A DNA stretch of 41,742 nucleotides from a virus (Duplodnaviria > Caudoviricetes). Where the stretch lies: positions 1 through 41,742 of the IMG/VR virus record IMGVR_UViG_3300035562_000119. One strand, given 5' to 3'. A program made the translations under genes and the position numbers. Below, one piece after another: positions 34,491 through 41,742 of the stretch; positions within the stretch are counted from its first letter, which is position 1; each line of letters starts with the position of its first letter. The notes beneath the pieces are model-generated. The model was not told the DNA's origin, made no database searches, and was given only the letters and a program-made list of their open reading frames with translations.

Positions 34491-34600
34491 AAAAACCAAC
34501 CTACTCACACCGTGCGCAAGTCGCAGTTTTCGGCGCCATCGTCGGCAGCATCCTAGGCATCGCCCTGCTGCTGTTCTGGTTAGCAAAAGATATTCAATAA
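34487..34600 (+). CDS. Small single-TM protein (37 aa), not in the ORF track
   Basis: MKKPTYSHRAQVAVFGAIVGSILGIALLLFWLAKDIQ; ATGA overlap with the previous gene and fills the gap to the next RBS. Confidence 0.6.
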   Translation: MKKPTYSHRAQVAVFGAIVGSILGIALLLFWLAKDIQ

Positions 34601-34612
34601 GGACACCAAATA

Positions 34613-35188
34613 ATGAGCAAATCCCCAAAAGAAATGTATGCAGTCCCTGAATGGATGCATCAGTACCTGCCGATGTTCAACAACACTGGTGGTAATAGCG
34701 TCGAAAGTCTTTTGCACGACGAAGATACCAATATGTTTGCCAACAGCATCCGCTACATGTTGATAGTTTCGGCACGCTCCCAGTATGGAATTCTCATGTC
34801 CCTTCATGAGAATGGATTATTACCCCTTAGCGTAGAGCTTAAAGCAACAGCAAATATCCCAAAGTCAGGCTATGCAATGAGCAATGCCGCAATTGACGTG
34901 TTAGCAGAACGTGCTCGACAGGTGGCGGCAGAACTCTGGACACCAGAGCATGACGACGAACATGTTTGCGATGAAATAGCCGCTTTTGCTGCTTTATACG
35001 CGATGCCTGAAGCCTGCCGGGATTGGGAAATGGGAGACAAACTCGGGTACGGAGATACCCTCGCGGAGGCCATCTGCCCCGAAGGATGGGAGCCCAAATT
35101 TGGCGATCGCCGCCGCGAGCTAATCAAAGCTGCAGCATTGACCATTGCGGAAATAGAACGTCTCGATCGCCAGGAGGCTGCACGATGA
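34613..35188 (+). CDS. Conserved hypothetical phage protein
   Basis: C-terminal DVLAERARQ...WTPEHDDEH...RRELIKAAAL..AEIERLDR domain common in phage accessory genes. Confidence 0.75.
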   Translation: MSKSPKEMYAVPEWMHQYLPMFNNTGGNSVESLLHDEDTNMFANSIRYMLIVSARSQYGILMSLHENGLLPLSVELKATANIPKSGYAMSNAAIDVLAERARQVAAELWTPEHDDEHVCDEIAAFAALYAMPEACRDWEMGDKLGYGDTLAEAICPEGWEPKFGDRRRELIKAAALTIAEIERLDRQEAAR

Positions 35189-35910
35189 AAGAACGAGGAA
35201 TGATTTTTAATGGCGATATGGTCCGCGCACTACTGGACGGCAGAAAGACTCAGACTCGGCGGCCTATCAAATGGAGACAGACTCGGGCCACTGAAATTGC
35301 TGAGCGCGACGACGGAAGTAAATGGCCCTGGAGCGAAGATGCAGAGCACTCATGCGATTACTGGCACCCATGCCCGTTCGGTGCCGTTGGCGACCGAATC
35401 TGGGTCCGCGAGACATGGTCTCAACTCGGTAATGAAGATGGATGTGCTATCGATTGGAATGACAACCTTGTTAAAGGTGGTGGCGTTGAGGCTGCTCGCA
35501 TTTATCGCGCCAGCTGCGAACAAAAACCTGGTAATTATGGGCTGTGGTCAATACCTGATGACGCTTCCTGGAAGCCGCATACTTCTGGCATGGAGATCGA
35601 AGGTGCCTGGTGCCCATCCATCCACATGCCACGCTGGGCCAGTCGCATCCTGCTGGAAATCACCACCGTCCGAGTGGAACGACTCCAAAACATCAGTGAA
35701 CGTGATGCTCTGAGAGAGGGGCTATTTCAGTTGCCAGCGTCCGGGCGCTACTGCTTACATCCGGGAATGCAATATTTCGGTATGGCGAGCCACAGTGCGA
35801 AAGAGGTCTATTCATGGCTATGGGAGTCAATTTACGGAGAAGAGTCCTGGAAGGCTAACCCGTGGGTCTGGGTTATCGAATTTAAACGGATAGAAGGCGA
35901 TGCAGCATGA
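35185..35910 (+). CDS. ASCH/PUA-like domain protein
   Basis: MIFNGDMVRALLDGRKTQTRR, CPFG.VGDRIWVRETW, PSIHMPRWASRI, NPWVWVIEF. Confidence 0.8.
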   Translation: MKERGMIFNGDMVRALLDGRKTQTRRPIKWRQTRATEIAERDDGSKWPWSEDAEHSCDYWHPCPFGAVGDRIWVRETWSQLGNEDGCAIDWNDNLVKGGGVEAARIYRASCEQKPGNYGLWSIPDDASWKPHTSGMEIEGAWCPSIHMPRWASRILLEITTVRVERLQNISERDALREGLFQLPASGRYCLHPGMQYFGMASHSAKEVYSWLWESIYGEESWKANPWVWVIEFKRIEGDAA

Positions 35911-36329
35911 CCAAATTGACCAAAAAGCAGCGCACGGAGTTGCGCATGAAATTTGGCGGTCGCTGCGCTTACTGCGGCTGCGAGCTGCCGGAAAAAGGTT
36001 GGCATGCCGATCACGTAGAAGCTGCTCTGAGAAAGTGGGAGTTTGGCGAACGTCAGGCCAATGGAGCACGGCGCACCGTTGCAACGGGGGAATTCTGGCG
36101 GCCGGAGAATGATGCTCTCGATAACCTGTTCCCGGCTTGCGCACCATGCAACCTGTTTAAGGCGACATTCACCATTGAAAACTTCAGGGAGCAAATAGCA
36201 GCTCAACCTGATCGCGCCCATTCCTACAGCGTAAATTTCCGCACGGCTGCGCGTTTTGGTCTCATCAAAGTAGTTCAAAAACCAGTTGTATTCTGGTTCG
36301 AAAAATTTAATGGAGGCGCTTCATTTTAA
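35907..36329 (+). CDS. HNH endonuclease
   Basis: GRCAYCG...HADHVE...NLFPACAPCNLFK. Confidence 0.88.
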   Translation: MTKLTKKQRTELRMKFGGRCAYCGCELPEKGWHADHVEAALRKWEFGERQANGARRTVATGEFWRPENDALDNLFPACAPCNLFKATFTIENFREQIAAQPDRAHSYSVNFRTAARFGLIKVVQKPVVFWFEKFNGGASF

Positions 36330-36341
36330 GCGTAACGAGAC

Positions 36342-36533
36342 ATGACCATGTACAAAATCACCGCCACCGTCAAAAAGGCTGGAAATGCACCCACAGCGTG
36401 GACCCGCTACAGCAAAGAGAAGTTGACCCGCCCTCAGTGCGAAAAAATGCTTTCCGGCAAAACTGAAGCCGGGAGATCCCGCGAGGAGCTGGTGACTCTG
36501 ACCAATTTCAAATGCACAAAGGCACCGAAATAA
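36342..36533 (+). CDS. Small hypothetical protein (DUF1187-like)
   Basis: MYKITATVKK.G..PT.WTRYSK.KLT..QCEKMLSG; start at 36342 or 36348, both within a motif copy. Confidence 0.65.
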   Translation: MTMYKITATVKKAGNAPTAWTRYSKEKLTRPQCEKMLSGKTEAGRSREELVTLTNFKCTKAPK

Positions 36534-36790
36534 TGGACGCCGCACTGAACTACGCCATTCACAGAATCATAGAGCTGGAGACCATGCTGCTGCCAGTTGT
36601 GCCGGAAACCGTCTGGCCTGCCGAAGTCCAGTCCGTTTTTTCACAGATTGAACGTGCCGGGAATCTCCCGGCGCACCACCAACGGCGCCTGATGCATCAC
36701 ATCAACCGGATGTGGCTCGACCGTCTTCCGGTACCGGCGATTACTGTCGCCGCCCGTTCGCTGGCTGAAGCAATGGAGGAGTATGCGTGA
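36533..36790 (+). CDS. Hypothetical protein
   Basis: TAATG coupling upstream and GTGA overlap downstream; 85 aa. Confidence 0.65.
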   Translation: MDAALNYAIHRIIELETMLLPVVPETVWPAEVQSVFSQIERAGNLPAHHQRRLMHHINRMWLDRLPVPAITVAARSLAEAMEEYA

Positions 36791-38769
36791 ACGAAATCAT
36801 CGTAGATAATTTTGCCGGAGGCGGCGGTGCCAGCACCGGGATCGAGATGGCTACGGGCCGTAGCGTGGACATTGCTATCAACCACGACCAAAACGCCGTA
36901 GCGATGCACACGACAAACCATCCTAATACCCTGCATTATTGCGAATCGGTATTTACCGTTAAGCCTCAGGTGGTGACGGCTGGCCGGAAAGTCGGCCTGG
37001 TCTGGCTTTCTCCAGATTGTCGCCACTTCTCCAAAGCCAAAGGTGCAAAGCCGGTAGAACGAGAGATCCGCGGCCTCGCGTGGATCGGAGTTCGCTGGGG
37101 GCTGGACGTCGAGCCCAGAATGATGATTCTTGAAAATGTGCCGGAATTTCAGACGTGGGGGCCGCTACTGGCTCCGGAAATGCGCCCTGACCCTGAACGA
37201 GTCGGCGAAACATTCAAGGCGTTTGTCGGCATGCTGACTACCGGGATATCTCCAGATCATCCAGCACTGGCAGAATGCTGTGAATTTTTGGAGATTTCGC
37301 CAGACAGCAAGCAGGCGCAGCAGCTGGTTAAAGGCCTGGGTTATCAGGTTGAATACCGCGAACTCCGCGCATGTGATTATGGCACCCCCACGATTCGCAA
37401 ACGCTTCTTCATGGTAATGCGTTGCGATGGTCGTCCGATTGTCTGGCCGGAAGCTACCCACGGCGACCCAAAGACCGAGGCGGTCAAATATGGGAAACTC
37501 AAGCCGTGGCGTACGGCGGCGGAATGCATCGACTGGTCGATCCCCTGCCCGTCTATTTTTGGCAGGAAAAAGCCGCTGGCGGCGAACACCATGCGCCGTA
37601 TTGCTCGCGGTATCCAGCGTTATGTGAAAGATACTGACCGACCATTCATCGTTAAGTGCAACCACACCAGCAGCAAGAATTCATACGATTGTTTCCGTGG
37701 GCAGGACCTGCTGGATCCCCTGCAAACCATCACCAAAAAACACGGGTACGCGGTGGTTATCCCGCACCTGACAAAATTCCGTACCGGGGCTACCGGGCAG
37801 CCAGTCACGGCACCGTCACCCACTGTCACGGCAGGCACTTCAGTGCGCCCCGGTGGTAACGGTCACGCACTCGGTCTGGTTCAGGCTCACTGCATTCCGT
37901 TTGCTGCCGGGAACGGCGGGAGTGAGTACCAGGCCAAGCCGCGCCCGCTCAACAAACCTTTCCATACAGTCCTGAAGGAGTCCCGCGCCTGCGTCGTTAC
38001 GCCGATTATCGTACGTCAGTTCGGTAAAAGTGTGGCGCACCGGGCCGATACGCCACTCGGTACCATCACTGCAGGAGGTGGCGGAAAAAGCCAGATTACC
38101 GCTGCTACTTTGATTCAGGTCGGATATGGCGAACGCCCGGGCCAAGCTCCCCGCGTACCGGGGCTGGGGAAACCACTCGGTACCGTAGTCGCTGGTGGTG
38201 GAAAGCATGCACTGGTAGCTGCGCATATGGTGAAGCACTTCGGCGGCAACTATTCCGGTGCTGGCGTTGGCATGAATGAGCCCGCCCACACGGTCACCGT
38301 CACAGATCACCATGCTCTGGTTACTTCTCACCTCGTCAAACTTCGTGGTACCTGCCGTGACGGTCAGCACACCGATACGCCAGCGCCCACGGTAACCGCT
38401 GGTGGTCTGCATCTGGGCAACATCGAGACAACGCTGGCACCTGCAGATGCTCATTACCCGCATGCTGAAGCCGTGCGTGAATTTTTGCGTGAGTATCTCG
38501 GCGAGGACGCCACCGAATTTGTGGAAATTGACGGAGAAATTTATCGGATTGTCGATATCGGCATGCGCATGCTGCAGCCGCACGAGTTGTATCTGTGCCA
38601 GGGCTTCCCGAAGTGGTACATCATCGACCGCGATTATCTCGGCCAGAAGTACCCGAAAGACAAACAAGTAGCACGGTGCGGCAACGCGGTACCACCGCAG
38701 TTCGCTGAAGCACTGGTCAGGGCCAACCTACCCGAAATGTGTGTTCAACGTGAGGACCAGGCCGCATGA
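36787..38769 (+). CDS. DNA (cytosine-5) methyltransferase with a long repetitive variable region
   Basis: Motif I FAGGGG, IV SPDC, VI ENV, VIII TIRKR, IX RML, X GNAV. Confidence 0.92.
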   Translation: MNEIIVDNFAGGGGASTGIEMATGRSVDIAINHDQNAVAMHTTNHPNTLHYCESVFTVKPQVVTAGRKVGLVWLSPDCRHFSKAKGAKPVEREIRGLAWIGVRWGLDVEPRMMILENVPEFQTWGPLLAPEMRPDPERVGETFKAFVGMLTTGISPDHPALAECCEFLEISPDSKQAQQLVKGLGYQVEYRELRACDYGTPTIRKRFFMVMRCDGRPIVWPEATHGDPKTEAVKYGKLKPWRTAAECIDWSIPCPSIFGRKKPLAANTMRRIARGIQRYVKDTDRPFIVKCNHTSSKNSYDCFRGQDLLDPLQTITKKHGYAVVIPHLTKFRTGATGQPVTAPSPTVTAGTSVRPGGNGHALGLVQAHCIPFAAGNGGSEYQAKPRPLNKPFHTVLKESRACVVTPIIVRQFGKSVAHRADTPLGTITAGGGGKSQITAATLIQVGYGERPGQAPRVPGLGKPLGTVVAGGGKHALVAAHMVKHFGGNYSGAGVGMNEPAHTVTVTDHHALVTSHLVKLRGTCRDGQHTDTPAPTVTAGGLHLGNIETTLAPADAHYPHAEAVREFLREYLGEDATEFVEIDGEIYRIVDIGMRMLQPHELYLCQGFPKWYIIDRDYLGQKYPKDKQVARCGNAVPPQFAEALVRANLPEMCVQREDQAA

Positions 38770-39182
38770 AAAAAGATATCTGCATGTTTTGTGGCGAACC
38801 GGCCACGCTGCTATGCGATGGCATCATCGGATGGGACGCAGATGAAAATGAGAGCGGTCAGATGTACGAGTGTCGTGGCATGTTCACCTGCGATGCTCCA
38901 ATGTGCCGCCGCTGCGCAACATGGCAGAACAATATTTTCTTCGATGGGAAGATCAGAATGATGGACACGCATGACCTGTGTCCATTGTGCCAGAAGCTAC
39001 ACGAAGTAGGCGAGCACATACGCGTTGCAGAACACCGTAAGCATTCGGCGGTACCTCAACCATGCCTTACCAAAGAGCAGGCCGCTCGCATCCGCGCAGC
39101 GCATTGGGCCGGATTCGCAAACGCATACACCCGGAACGTGCAGACTATCAAAGGAGGTGGGCAGCAAACCTTTGATTTCTGA
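38766..39182 (+). CDS. Cys-rich (zinc-binding) hypothetical protein
   Basis: CMFCG...LLCD...TCDAPMCRRC...DLCPLC. Confidence 0.7.
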   Translation: MKKDICMFCGEPATLLCDGIIGWDADENESGQMYECRGMFTCDAPMCRRCATWQNNIFFDGKIRMMDTHDLCPLCQKLHEVGEHIRVAEHRKHSAVPQPCLTKEQAARIRAAHWAGFANAYTRNVQTIKGGGQQTFDF

Positions 39183-39205
39183 ACCTGATTATTGATGTTC
39201 AACCC

Positions 39206-39242
39206 TGACCGTCGGCAGCTGCGTATAGTCTGCCGGCGGTCA
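39206..39242 (+). promoter_or_regulatory. Stem-loop with a -10-like TATAGT in its loop, upstream of xis
   Basis: TGACCGTCGGCAG-N11-CTGCCGGCGGTCA. Confidence 0.4.
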
Positions 39243-39263
39243 TGAAGTGAAGAGACATGACCA

Positions 39264-39500
39264 ATGCACGAACTGACGTTATCACCGAGCGAAATTCAGG
39301 AGATTACGGGGTATAAACGGTACACGCAGCAACAGCACCAGCTGCGTTGTCACGGGATCCCTTTCACTACCGGCCAAAAAAATGAGCCTATCGTTTTGCG
39401 CCGAAACTTCCAGCAGCCCGTCGAGCCGCTGCCGAAGGCATCCGAGTACCTTTCTCCTGAACCAAATTATGGAGCACTGGACAATGGGCAGACCACGTAA
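39264..39500 (+). CDS. xis: Excisionase-like protein (DUF4224)
   Basis: LSPSEIQEITGYKRYTQQ...L...GIPF...EPIV; EPNYGAL tail; overlaps the int start. Confidence 0.8.
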   Translation: MHELTLSPSEIQEITGYKRYTQQQHQLRCHGIPFTTGQKNEPIVLRRNFQQPVEPLPKASEYLSPEPNYGALDNGQTT

Positions 39501-40506
39501 GAACCACAAAGATAACCGACTTCCCCCGCGGGTATATCGAAACAATTACAGCTATTTCTGGAAGCCGCAGGACAGCCAGACCTGCATCACCCTGGCACCG
39601 ATCTCCGGTACCAGCATGTCCACGCTGTGGGCAAAGTACGAAGCGATCAAGGCCAAGCAGCATAACGAGATGACCGTTGCCAAGCTCTGGAACCTGTTTC
39701 TCGAAAGTCCGGTGTTCACCGAACTGGCGCCGCGCACTCAGAAAGACTACCGGCAGCACCAGCGGGCGCTGCTGGGGGTGTTTGGAAAAATGCGGGCTGA
39801 CAGCGTTAAGACAGAACAAATCAGGATCTTCATGGATAAAAGAGGGCTTGAGAGTAAAACACAGGCGAACCATGAAATGGCAAGCCTGAGCCGGGTGTAT
39901 GGCTGGGGATTTGAACGAGGGTACGCGAAGGGGAACCCGTGCAAAGGGGTGCGGAAATTCACCTCGAAGCCGCGCACCGTCTACATCAGTGATGAGCAGT
40001 ACGCCGCGATCTATGAAGAGGCAATCCCGGCGCTGCGCGTGGCGATGGAGGTTTCATACCTTTGCGCAGCTCGCCAGGGGGACGTTCTGGAGATGGTCTG
40101 GGGCGATGTTATGGACGCAGGTCTTTTTATCGAGCAGAACAAAACCGGGACCAAGCAGATCAAGGAGTGGTCTCCTCGCCTCCGGTCAGCGTTTCAGCTC
40201 GCAAGAAATACCTTGGGCGAGAATGGAAAATACGTCATCACTAACTCTAACGGTGAAAAGGTAACGGGCAGGACGATTAACAAGTGGTGGGATAAAGCCA
40301 AGAAATCCGCTGAGCAAAAAGCAGGTGTGCCGTTCGGATGCACTTTCCACGATATCAAAGCGAAGTCGATTTCTGACTATAAGGGATCGAGCCGTGACAA
40401 GCAGCTATTCTCCGGTCACAAAACCGAGAGTCAGGTGCTGGTATATGATCGAAAAGTGAAGGTGACGCCGACGTTGGACGCGCCACTTTTGGCGGGAAAC
40501 TCCTAG
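39484..40506 (+). CDS. int: Tyrosine integrase
   Basis: MGRPRK..DNRLPPRVY arm-binding start; AARQGD (R), QNKTG (K), FHDIKAK, GHK, VYDR (Y). Confidence 0.95.
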   Translation: MGRPRKNHKDNRLPPRVYRNNYSYFWKPQDSQTCITLAPISGTSMSTLWAKYEAIKAKQHNEMTVAKLWNLFLESPVFTELAPRTQKDYRQHQRALLGVFGKMRADSVKTEQIRIFMDKRGLESKTQANHEMASLSRVYGWGFERGYAKGNPCKGVRKFTSKPRTVYISDEQYAAIYEEAIPALRVAMEVSYLCAARQGDVLEMVWGDVMDAGLFIEQNKTGTKQIKEWSPRLRSAFQLARNTLGENGKYVITNSNGEKVTGRTINKWWDKAKKSAEQKAGVPFGCTFHDIKAKSISDYKGSSRDKQLFSGHKTESQVLVYDRKVKVTPTLDAPLLAGNS

Positions 40507-40517
40507 ATTTTGTCCAC

Positions 40518-40540
40518 AAAAAAGCCCGCTCAAAGCGGGC
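40518..40540 (-). terminator. Terminator for the minus-strand cassette, convergent with int
   Basis: Minus strand GCCCGCT-TTG-AGCGGGC followed by TTTTTT. Confidence 0.7.
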
Positions 40541-40560
40541 CAGTTCGTAAGCAATACCGC

Positions 40561-40719
40561 TTACGCTGCCTGTTCGGTTCTCGGCTCACCGGTGTTATCC
40601 ATATCCGGAGTACACATATCATCCAATTTCTTAGGATCGAGACTTTGCCAGAAAGCAGTTGCTTGCCCAATCAAAGCAAGCGTTTCGACCACATCGAATT
40701 TAGCTTCTTGATTGTTCAT
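40561..40719 (-). CDS. Small acidic protein (52 aa)
   Basis: AAGGA RBS before ATG 40719; MNNQEAKFDVVETLALIGQATAFWQSLDPKKLDDM... Confidence 0.6.
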   Translation of the reverse strand: MNNQEAKFDVVETLALIGQATAFWQSLDPKKLDDMCTPDMDNTGEPRTEQAA

Positions 40720-40764
40720 GATTGCGTTCCTTATGCATAAATTTTGCGAGTTACAGATCGTGAG

Positions 40765-40821
40765 GTTTACGGATCCGTAAACTGATTGTTTGCAGTATAA
40801 GGGTTGCAGGGTATTTATCAA
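40765..40821 (-). promoter_or_regulatory. Sigma70 promoter with a downstream perfect palindrome (candidate operator)
   Basis: -35 TTGATA (40821-40816), 16 nt spacer, -10 TATACT (40799-40794); GTTTACGGATCCGTAAAC at 40765-40782. Confidence 0.6.
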
Positions 40822-40872
40822 GTATTCTTGACGTATTGCACATGCCTTGCATAGCAAGGCTTACCGAAAAAA

Positions 40873-41430
40873 TTACAGCATCCCGCTCATGGCGCGGCGT
40901 ATAGCCTCTTCAATCTCTTCAAGCGAGGAACTTAAATTTGGGGGGCAGGTAACATCCTCATAAAAACCAAACTTCCTGTATAGAGGTAGGTACTGAGTTA
41001 CTGGGTTCATGACATAAATCTCATCATGCTTCGTAGCCTTGGCTAAGGTATGAGCAAAAACTAAAGTAGAAAGCCATACCCTTTTGGTCAGCGGAGTATC
41101 TTGGTCACGTAGAAAATTTTCGACCATACAAATCTCTAAACGCCGTCTTTTTTTATCTATACGGCACAGAGCCGCACCACCAGGAAAGGTTGCATCAAGG
41201 CCAAGGATTCTCATTGAGAGATCAACGATCTCTTGGTTATCCGGGACACCGTAAGTTTTTAGAGCCCAAGCCCAAGACAGTTTACCGAATGCGCCAGATT
41301 GTAAAAGCTGCAAATCACCGGGCTTAAGTTTTCCATAACCCAATCCCCATTCAAAAGCATCAGCCACGCTCTGCACTGTATTGATGCAAAGATCATGAAT
41401 GTGCCCATAAGCGAAACCGGTAGTTTGCAT
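40873..41430 (-). CDS. GNAT-like N-acetyltransferase
   Basis: 185 aa from ATG 41430; GGAALCRI..RRLEICMVENF beta core; IYVMNPVTQYLPLYRKFGF (GNAT motif B); extended -10 TGGTATACT at 41461-41469. Confidence 0.62.
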   Translation of the reverse strand: MQTTGFAYGHIHDLCINTVQSVADAFEWGLGYGKLKPGDLQLLQSGAFGKLSWAWALKTYGVPDNQEIVDLSMRILGLDATFPGGAALCRIDKKRRRLEICMVENFLRDQDTPLTKRVWLSTLVFAHTLAKATKHDEIYVMNPVTQYLPLYRKFGFYEDVTCPPNLSSSLEEIEEAIRRAMSGML

Positions 41431-41538
41431 TCTCTTATTCCATTTCAAAATGATGTGCCCAGTATACCAAAGAAAAAATTGAGGTGGGGTAAGTGACGTT
41501 GTAAAAAATATGTAATACGGAGGGATGTGAGGGAAAAA

Positions 41539-41570
41539 TATTCTAAGTGGATATTCTAACTGTATTCTAA
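41539..41570. repeat. Three TATTCTAA direct repeats: probable integrase arm-type sites of att
   Basis: TATTCTAA at 41539, 41552 and 41563, 50-80 bp from the tRNA 3' end. Confidence 0.65.
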
Positions 41571-41577
41571 GCGCCAT

Positions 41578-41613
41578 AAAAACAAAGGGGCTACCTTTCG
41601 GTAACCCCTTGTT
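41578..41613 (-). terminator. Terminator downstream of tRNA-Ser
   Basis: Minus strand AACAAGGGGTTACC-GAAA-GGTAGCCCCTTTGTTTTT. Confidence 0.75.
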
Positions 41614-41618
41614 TAATC

Positions 41619-41706
41619 TGGCGGAAGCGCAGAGATTCGAACTCTGGAACCCTTTCGGGTCGCCGGTTTTCAAGACCGGTGCCTTCAACCGCTCGGCCAC
41701 ACTTCC
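41619..41706 (-). tRNA. serT: tRNA-Ser (anticodon TGA), prophage integration target
   Basis: GGAAGTGTGGCCGAGCGGTTGAAGGCACCGGTCTTGAAAACCGGCGACCCGAAAGGGTTCCAGAGTTCGAATCTCTGCGCTTCCGCCA: 88 nt, long variable arm, CCA end. Confidence 0.98.
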
Positions 41707-41711
41707 GGAAT

Positions 41712-41724
41712 GAGGCGCACTATA
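41712..41724 (-). promoter_or_regulatory. tRNA promoter -10 and GC-rich discriminator
   Basis: TATAGT (41724-41719) followed by GCGCCTC. Confidence 0.6.
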
Positions 41725-41742
41725 AACATCCCCGTGCGCCAT

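Larger units (their letters stand above)
24251..39266 (+). repeat. Dispersed motif GAGACATGACCA(ATG), 7 copies
   Basis: Exact 12-mer at 24251, 24995, 28186, 28382, 29556, 36337 and 39252; all on the plus strand at gene junctions. Confidence 0.92.
1..41640. mobile_element. Prophage (temperate myovirus-type with lambdoid-like early/lysis modules) integrated at the tRNA-Ser 3' end; left end lies outside the window
   Basis: Continuous set of tail, head, terminase, lysis, immunity, replication, recombination, xis and int genes ending next to a tRNA 3' end. The exact att core cannot be fixed because the other att is not in the window. Confidence 0.95.

Noticed and set aside
24251-39266. Repeated motif as a CRISPR-like array or IS ends
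   Set aside because: Copies are 0.2-7 kb apart with no regular spacers, and there is no cas or transposase gene and no inverted pairs.
41431-41742. N-terminal 104 aa of the 289 aa ORF 40873..41742
   Set aside because: It runs through the tRNA, its terminator and the att repeats. The credible start is ATG 41430, downstream of an extended -10.

Overview
Almost the whole window is one temperate, contractile-tailed (myovirus-type, SEN34/Bcep781-like head-tail module) prophage of an enterobacterium. It is integrated at the 3' end of tRNA-Ser(TGA) (serT, 41619-41706, minus strand); the tail end of the prophage runs off the left edge. The minus-strand late operon runs from a pR'-like promoter (23031-23059) through two holins, endolysin, Rz/Rz1, a ~6 kb accessory island, terS, terL, portal, head and tail genes. 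The plus-strand early region carries cro, a cII/YdaT-like gene, a replication initiator, a DUF4942 methylase, Q, recE/recT, small accessory genes, a C5 methylase, xis and int. Most interesting observations: (1) an ORF after Rz carrying a diverged, probably catalytically dead copy of the phage's own TerL ATPase core (possible decoy or packaging regulator); (2) a coupled late three-gene glycan cassette (Maf/CstII-like GT, GT9 heptosyltransferase-like, SAM methyltransferase), a candidate virion-glycosylation system; (3) a ParB-like gene plus a methyltransferase-like/Mom-GNAT-like fusion directly upstream of terS, with a divergent DUF488-like gene, a candidate DNA-modification system; (4) a 12-15 nt motif GAGACATGACCA(ATG) repeated 7 times at early-gene junctions, two copies flanking a structured RNA; (5) the cI-cro-rep-Q block is inverted relative to the lambdoid layout; (6) a GNAT plus small-protein cassette between int and att. 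All family calls come from motif recognition by eye; no database searches were run.
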